IMG/VR virus record: IMGVR_UViG_3300031867_000013
Coordinates: 32,001-96,000 of that record
Strand: one strand, 5' to 3'
DNA from: a virus
Lineage: Duplodnaviria > Caudoviricetes
DNA: 64,000 nt
The notes under the pieces were generated by a model. That model ran no database searches and was not told where the DNA came from. It saw nothing but the letters and a program-made list of their open reading frames with translations. Both the position numbers and the translations under genes were made by a program. Of this stretch, positions 59,037-64,000 are shown piece by piece (within the stretch, counting starts at the first letter, position 1; each line of letters opens with the position of its first letter).

Positions 59037-61358
59037 TTATTTTTTGACTAAATTATGATTTTCGTCAAATGATAAGGATTCTCCATACCAATGCTCTGCA
59101 ATTTCTACATCACAAGACAAAGGCACTAACAAATCGTGTCCTGCATCTTTAGAACACTGTTCAATAAGTTTAGCACATTCATAAGCATGTTCCTTTGGTA
59201 CACTACACAAAGTTTCATCATGAATAGACATTTGCAATTCACAACCAAGTTCTTGTAAGCGTTTATTATTCATAATATTACGCATTGCTCTTAATGTTAT
59301 TACAGCCGCACCACCTTGAATACAGAAATTGATAATATTACGGCGTTTATCTGCTTTTATCTTTTCATTATTTTTTATTATTATTCCTTTTTGTTTTGCC
59401 ATATTTATTATCTTTTCTTTATCCTCACGCCATCGTGCTTGTTGTAATTTACCTAAATATAGATTGGTATAATATTTCTTTGTACTTTCTACATTATCAC
59501 TAAATTCTATATCAATAGGAAATTCAAATTCATATTGAGGATATAATAATTCGGGTAATCTTCTTCTCCTACCAAACATATTATCAACATATCCCACTTT
59601 AATAGCCTTTTCTTCTGTTTCTTTCATCCATTTAGCCATATCGGGATATGCTGTTAATACTGCATCATATATACTTTGTGCTTTTTTTATTCCTTCTTCT
59701 GTTGTACCATATCCTAAATCTTCACTTAATGTTTTTACACCTTTGCTATACATTAAAGACAAAGTAACTTTTTTAGCATTACTTCTTCTTTCTTTTCCTT
59801 CTTTATTTGTAGTTCCGTCAGCATAATGCTCTAAACATTCTTCATAAGGTAAATTATACATCATAGAAGCTATTTGAGAATAAATATCTAATCCACTATG
59901 GAACGCTTCTACAAGTTTTGGGTCTTTAGAAGTAGATGCTAATATACAAGGTTCTTGTTTACTAAAATCACAACTAATATATACTCTATTTTCTCCTGCA
60001 TAGAACATTTGCCGTATATCTTTTAAATGCGAAGGTATATTTTGTTGATTAGGATTAGACGATGATAGCCTCCCCGTATCTGTGCCTGTAAGATTAAGAT
60101 TAGAAAATATCTTACCACCATGTAATGTTGCATCTTCTGTTAATTTATCTATAAAACTACCTATAACTTTATCATAGGTCTTTACATTTAATAAACATTG
60201 TGCAATAGTTCTTATAGGTTTATTATTAAATTTTTCTAAATGCAAAATAGAATTTATTACATTTTTTCCTGTTCCTGTTGGCTCTTTTCTATATACTACC
60301 CCTATTTTAGCTATCTCATAAAATAATACTTTAATTTGTTCGGGACTATTATAGTTCAATGGGTATTCTAATGGCTTTTCTTTATGGGTTTTATTATATT
60401 CCATTATATCATCTTTATAAAACTCTAATGCTTTATTAAACTCTTTTTCTGCTTCTTCTTTTAATTTTGTATATTTTATTTTTAATTCTTTTGCTTTCTT
60501 AAAATCAAATGGCATACCATATAATTTCATTTGCACTAATACAGGTATCATTGGCAACAATTCTGTATGATATAAATTAGCTACTCTTTCTAATTTATAT
60601 TCTGCACATTCTTCTGTTCCTGCGGTAAGATACGGTTTCTGAAACATATATAAATCATAAGTCATTTTTGCGTCTTTTGCCGCATAAGACATAAATATAT
60701 CATAGGGAACATAACAAGCAGGAATCCCATCGAAAAGTTCCCCAAAATAATGTGCTTCTCCCTGCTGATGTACATACTTTATATATAAATCTTTTAGACT
60801 ATGGCTTTCATTCTCATTTAATGCGTGTCCTGAAACTAATGTGTCCCAATATACATTTAACATTATTCCTGTATTTTGATATATTACTACTAAATCATAA
60901 TAAGCATTATGAAATATAAGTTTACTATCTTTAATTATATTTAATCCTTCTTTGATTGCTTCTATAGATACTTGTGGCTCTATTTTTTGCTCTGTAATTA
61001 CACTTATATGTCCTACAGGCACATAAGCAGGCTTTTGAGATTTACTATAAATACACACACCAACTAAATGTGCAAGAATAGAATCTAATGAATCTGTTTC
61101 TGTATCTATTGCTATATATTCATCTTCTTTAGCTTTCTTACAATATTCTATCCATTCTTCATCTGTTGTAATTAATTGATAATCATTTATATGTTCACCT
61201 AATGTTTCTTTTACTTTTTGTTTTATTGCATTTAATTTAGCTAAAAGACTTGTTCCTTTTAACTTTATTGTAGGCTTTATATCTTTTTGTTCTTTTGTCT
61301 TTCGCATTATTGCTTCTATATTATCTGTTGGTCTTTCTTGTAATTTAAATAAAGCCAT
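59037..61358 (-). CDS. polA: DNA polymerase family A with 3'-5' exonuclease
   Basis: ExoI 'IDTET', 'TGRLSSSNPN.QNIP', motif A 'DFSKQE', motif B 'R..AK.....MY', motif C 'IHDE'. Confidence 0.92.
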   Translation of the reverse strand: MALFKLQERPTDNIEAIMRKTKEQKDIKPTIKLKGTSLLAKLNAIKQKVKETLGEHINDYQLITTDEEWIEYCKKAKEDEYIAIDTETDSLDSILAHLVGVCIYSKSQKPAYVPVGHISVITEQKIEPQVSIEAIKEGLNIIKDSKLIFHNAYYDLVVIYQNTGIMLNVYWDTLVSGHALNENESHSLKDLYIKYVHQQGEAHYFGELFDGIPACYVPYDIFMSYAAKDAKMTYDLYMFQKPYLTAGTEECAEYKLERVANLYHTELLPMIPVLVQMKLYGMPFDFKKAKELKIKYTKLKEEAEKEFNKALEFYKDDIMEYNKTHKEKPLEYPLNYNSPEQIKVLFYEIAKIGVVYRKEPTGTGKNVINSILHLEKFNNKPIRTIAQCLLNVKTYDKVIGSFIDKLTEDATLHGGKIFSNLNLTGTDTGRLSSSNPNQQNIPSHLKDIRQMFYAGENRVYISCDFSKQEPCILASTSKDPKLVEAFHSGLDIYSQIASMMYNLPYEECLEHYADGTTNKEGKERRSNAKKVTLSLMYSKGVKTLSEDLGYGTTEEGIKKAQSIYDAVLTAYPDMAKWMKETEEKAIKVGYVDNMFGRRRRLPELLYPQYEFEFPIDIEFSDNVESTKKYYTNLYLGKLQQARWREDKEKIINMAKQKGIIIKNNEKIKADKRRNIINFCIQGGAAVITLRAMRNIMNNKRLQELGCELQMSIHDETLCSVPKEHAYECAKLIEQCSKDAGHDLLVPLSCDVEIAEHWYGESLSFDENHNLVKK

Positions 61359-61363
61359 ATAGT

Positions 61364-61996
61364 TTACACTTCCTCAATACGATTTTTAGCTATATTAAAA
61401 TAATTAGTATCTTTTTCTATTCCAATAAAATCCCTTCCTAAAGTTCTACAAGCTATTCCTGTCGTACCACTTCCCATAAAAGGGTCTAATACTGTATCTC
61501 CCTCATTAGAACTTGCTAATATAAGTTTTTCAAATAGTTCTATTGGCTTTTGTGTTGGATGAAGTTTATTTCTTCCACATGGAAACCTAAAGACAGTATT
61601 CTTACAATGTTCATTAAATGTTGCTTTTGGGAATTTACCATATACACAACACTCTATACCACTTAACCAGATTTTATCTCCATTCATAGGACTAGGATTT
61701 GTCTTTTCCCATATACAAAGCCTTGTACTCATTTTATTCTGTACCATTGTTTTACGAATATCTGATACTTGCTCTGTACCACAAAATATATAAATACTTC
61801 CTTTTGTTACTTTACATAACATATTTACAAGTTCAATTAAATCAAATGTCACAATATCTGCTTTGTCTTTATCTAAATTACGTAGCCCATTAGACTTTCT
61901 GTTTACTTCTCCATAAGGTATATCTGTTAAAGTTAAATCTGCTATTTTATATTTATCTTTTAAAATATCAAAACAATCTGCATTATATAGTTCCAT
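61364..61996 (-). CDS. N6-adenine/N4-cytosine DNA methyltransferase
   Basis: 'TDIPY', 'HPTQKP', 'VLDPFMGSGTT'. Confidence 0.88.
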   Translation of the reverse strand: MELYNADCFDILKDKYKIADLTLTDIPYGEVNRKSNGLRNLDKDKADIVTFDLIELVNMLCKVTKGSIYIFCGTEQVSDIRKTMVQNKMSTRLCIWEKTNPSPMNGDKIWLSGIECCVYGKFPKATFNEHCKNTVFRFPCGRNKLHPTQKPIELFEKLILASSNEGDTVLDPFMGSGTTGIACRTLGRDFIGIEKDTNYFNIAKNRIEEV

Positions 61997-62007
61997 AAAA
62001 TTACTCC

Positions 62008-62274
62008 TCATTTCGCAGTAATATAAATATTAAATGTTTCTAAATCTAATTTAACAATTATACGTTTATTCATATATCTATATAGTTCTACTACACTACT
62101 ATAATATGTTTTACGCCGACAAAAAGAGAATCCTAAATCATTTAATACTACTCTTACTGTAGTTAATTCATATAATTTATCAAATCTATCTAATACATAT
62201 TCTGTACCTCTATGGTCGATTGCTTTATAAATAATATCTTGTATAGTTTCTTTCATGCTAGTATATTCATCCAA
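62008..62274 (-). CDS. Hypothetical protein
   Basis: ORF track, RBS-like GGAAGG. Confidence 0.45.
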   Translation of the reverse strand: MDEYTSMKETIQDIIYKAIDHRGTEYVLDRFDKLYELTTVRVVLNDLGFSFCRRKTYYSSVVELYRYMNKRIIVKLDLETFNIYITAK

Positions 62275-62330
62275 TACATATCATTCCTTCCTTATACAGC
62301 AGAAAAAAGCCCTATATGGGCTTAATTCTG

Positions 62331-62726
62331 TTAATCAATCCGCGCTACTTCAAGGATTCGCACTTGTGCTTTCCTGCAAGCCTTATAAAGTTCTTTTAGG
62401 TCTACTACGTGCTTTATATTTGTAATACCAATCCAATCACCTTTAGCACGGTCTCTAAGATAATAAGATTCAATAACCTTTTCTTTATTTGTCTTTAGTA
62501 CAAAATGAGAATCACCACATTCATCTTCAACTTTTTCTACTTCGTCCTTAAAATATTCATTTTGTTCCATTGGTTTAAGTTTACAATTATAATCTTTAAA
62601 TACCCTATCTGTTACTTCACCAAAATCATAAATTCCTTTGAGTTTCTCATAAACATCTTTATTAATAGCTTCATCAAATTCTACCAATGCAATCATTTTT
62701 AATCCCTCCACTTGTTTGTCTGCCAT
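62331..62726 (-). CDS. Hypothetical protein
   Basis: ORF track. Confidence 0.5.
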   Translation of the reverse strand: MADKQVEGLKMIALVEFDEAINKDVYEKLKGIYDFGEVTDRVFKDYNCKLKPMEQNEYFKDEVEKVEDECGDSHFVLKTNKEKVIESYYLRDRAKGDWIGITNIKHVVDLKELYKACRKAQVRILEVARID

Positions 62727-62845
62727 ATCTCATTGCTCTGTCGAGGTCAGCTTGTGTTTTCGCGCACAAGATTTTTCCTATCGTGTCTTTATTATAGCAC
62801 AATTCATGTGCAATAGTCAAGGTATTTCTTTGCGCTTTTTGCAAA

Positions 62846-63160
62846 TTAAATACAGCTTTGCTCATACATAATTTCATCTCCTTTAAAATTATTTTCTTCT
62901 AATTCCCACGTAGATTTACGAACTAATGCCTTTGGTAATTCATTTGTTTCTTTGATATTATCATCGGGTATATGAAACCTTGTACCATCAATCGGACATT
63001 TATATACATTATGATTAAATTCTCTATAAGTATAATCAAAATACTCATCTTCATTAATATCATCTGCTTTAAACCAATTATTACATTTAGGGCATTGTAC
63101 CCTAGCACAACGAATCCTTTTAGGTTCATATATTACTGCCGCAGTTCCTTCTTCTAACAC
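62846..63160 (-). CDS. Zn-ribbon protein
   Basis: 'CPKC', 'CPID'. Confidence 0.5.
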   Translation of the reverse strand: MLEEGTAAVIYEPKRIRCARVQCPKCNNWFKADDINEDEYFDYTYREFNHNVYKCPIDGTRFHIPDDNIKETNELPKALVRKSTWELEENNFKGDEIMYEQSCI

Positions 63161-63403
63161 AATTAATTTTCCCCCTTTACAAAAAATGACTTTAATTCAG
63201 CTTTTGTAACATCAAACGAAGCATAAGACGCATCTAACCAAATTCTTCCTTTTCTTGTAAGACAACAATATGGTTGTGTTCTACAAATTGTACCTCTAAA
63301 AATTTTATTATGATGCCAATGATGCCCTGTTGGTATAAAATCTTTTACACATATATACGTTATCATATTTATACTTCCTTTTATTATCTTTATTTCATTT
63401 CAT

Positions 63404-63691
63404 TTATACTGCTTTAATATCCTTTACATATTCAATAGTACCATCTGCAATCATTTCAAACACAATGTCAATCTTTGCACACATATCCATTTCAGTTTCA
63501 TCATCTGAATATGCATATACAAACATTTCATTTTCTGCATGAACCGTATTATATGGATTTACCAACAATGAAATACAATTCTCATTATCTTCATTTACAA
63601 GTATTAGTTCCCAAATAGCACCGTCCTCCCAATCATGGAGTTTCTTAAATCCATGCTTTTCAAGTTTCTCAAAATCTTTGACAATCAACAT
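63404..63691 (-). CDS. Acidic hypothetical protein
   Basis: Own promoter and AAAAGGAGATGTT RBS. Confidence 0.55.
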   Translation of the reverse strand: MLIVKDFEKLEKHGFKKLHDWEDGAIWELILVNEDNENCISLLVNPYNTVHAENEMFVYAYSDDETEMDMCAKIDIVFEMIADGTIEYVKDIKAV

Positions 63692-63835
63692 TTTAACATC
63701 TCCTTTTCTTAACCTTCGATTTGGCGTTGTTTTATCCTTCGATTTGTCTATATAATAACATAATTTTTCTTATTTGTCAATACGTAAAATTAAAAAAGTG
63801 GAGATTTTTTTTAATCCCCACTTTTGTATCTTATA

Positions 63836-64000
63836 TTAAAAACCGTGATTGCTCCTACGATTGCGCGGCTTTACTTCTTCTTCCTTTGTTTCTTCCTTTT
63901 CTTCCTTATTACTCCCCAAAGAAGGATAAACAGAAGGATTTTCAAGAAACATCTCTACTTGCTCTGCTGTCCAAGTACGAATCAAAGAATCAGTACGACC
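63836..64000 (-). CDS. C-terminus of a gene entering from the window edge (possibly SSB)
   Basis: GRTDSLIRTWTAEQV...EEEVKPRNRRSNHGF*, followed by a terminator hairpin. Confidence 0.35.
   Translation of the reverse strand, partial: GRTDSLIRTWTAEQVEMFLENPSVYPSLGSNKEEKEETKEEEVKPRNRRSNHGF

Noticed and set aside
8852-61358. Inteins or introns in TerL, RecA, PolA; reverse transcriptase/DGR; integrase
   Set aside because: Those genes are of normal length and uninterrupted; no RT or recombinase motif seen in the window
1480-63157. Many short opposite-strand ORFs overlapping long genes or RNA genes (e.g. 1480, 5076, 12048, 17931, 30041, 36912, 39591)
   Set aside because: Shadow ORFs of AT-rich sequence without RBS or protein motifs

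Overview
A 64-kb segment of a large, very AT-rich tailed dsDNA bacteriophage, probably infecting a Bacillota (Firmicutes) host (sigma-A promoters, GGAG Shine-Dalgarno sites, CodY boxes). Layout: (1-11 kb, minus strand) homing endonuclease, tail tube, head-tail proteins, major capsid, decoration, scaffold, portal, terminase large and small subunits. (11-18.5 kb, minus) RNA-gene island with 9 tRNAs, one degenerate tRNA, a tmRNA, several unassigned structured RNAs, a collagen/CBM protein, and a Ro60/TROVE-like DUF2828-vWA gene. That gene is surrounded by seven related stem RNAs (AAGNNNC-NN-ACAGCAA...GNNNCUUG), some carrying tRNA anticodon-arm or T-arm mimics. (19.6-26.1 kb, plus) RepL-like, RHH, phosphoesterase, PhoH and hypothetical genes. 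(26.1-33.4 kb) a largely non-coding region packed with sites resembling host regulator operators: 8 Fur-like boxes, a tandem ArgR pair, about 30 CodY-like boxes, and ArsR/SmtB-like boxes. (33.4-41.5 kb, minus) small early/host-takeover genes, many with their own promoter and a shared AAGGAGATGT RBS; antisense matches to that RBS occur in the RNA island. (41.5-64 kb, minus) replication, recombination and RNA-repair genes: clamp loader, Pnkp-RNA ligase, deaminase, RecA, RecU, Cas4-like nuclease, sliding clamp, PolA, DNA methyltransferase. All calls come from reading motifs by eye; no searches or folding programs were run. Best candidates for undescribed systems: (a) DUF2828 protein plus tRNA-mimicking Y-like RNA family, (b) host transcription-factor operator arrays, (c) anti-RBS small RNAs.
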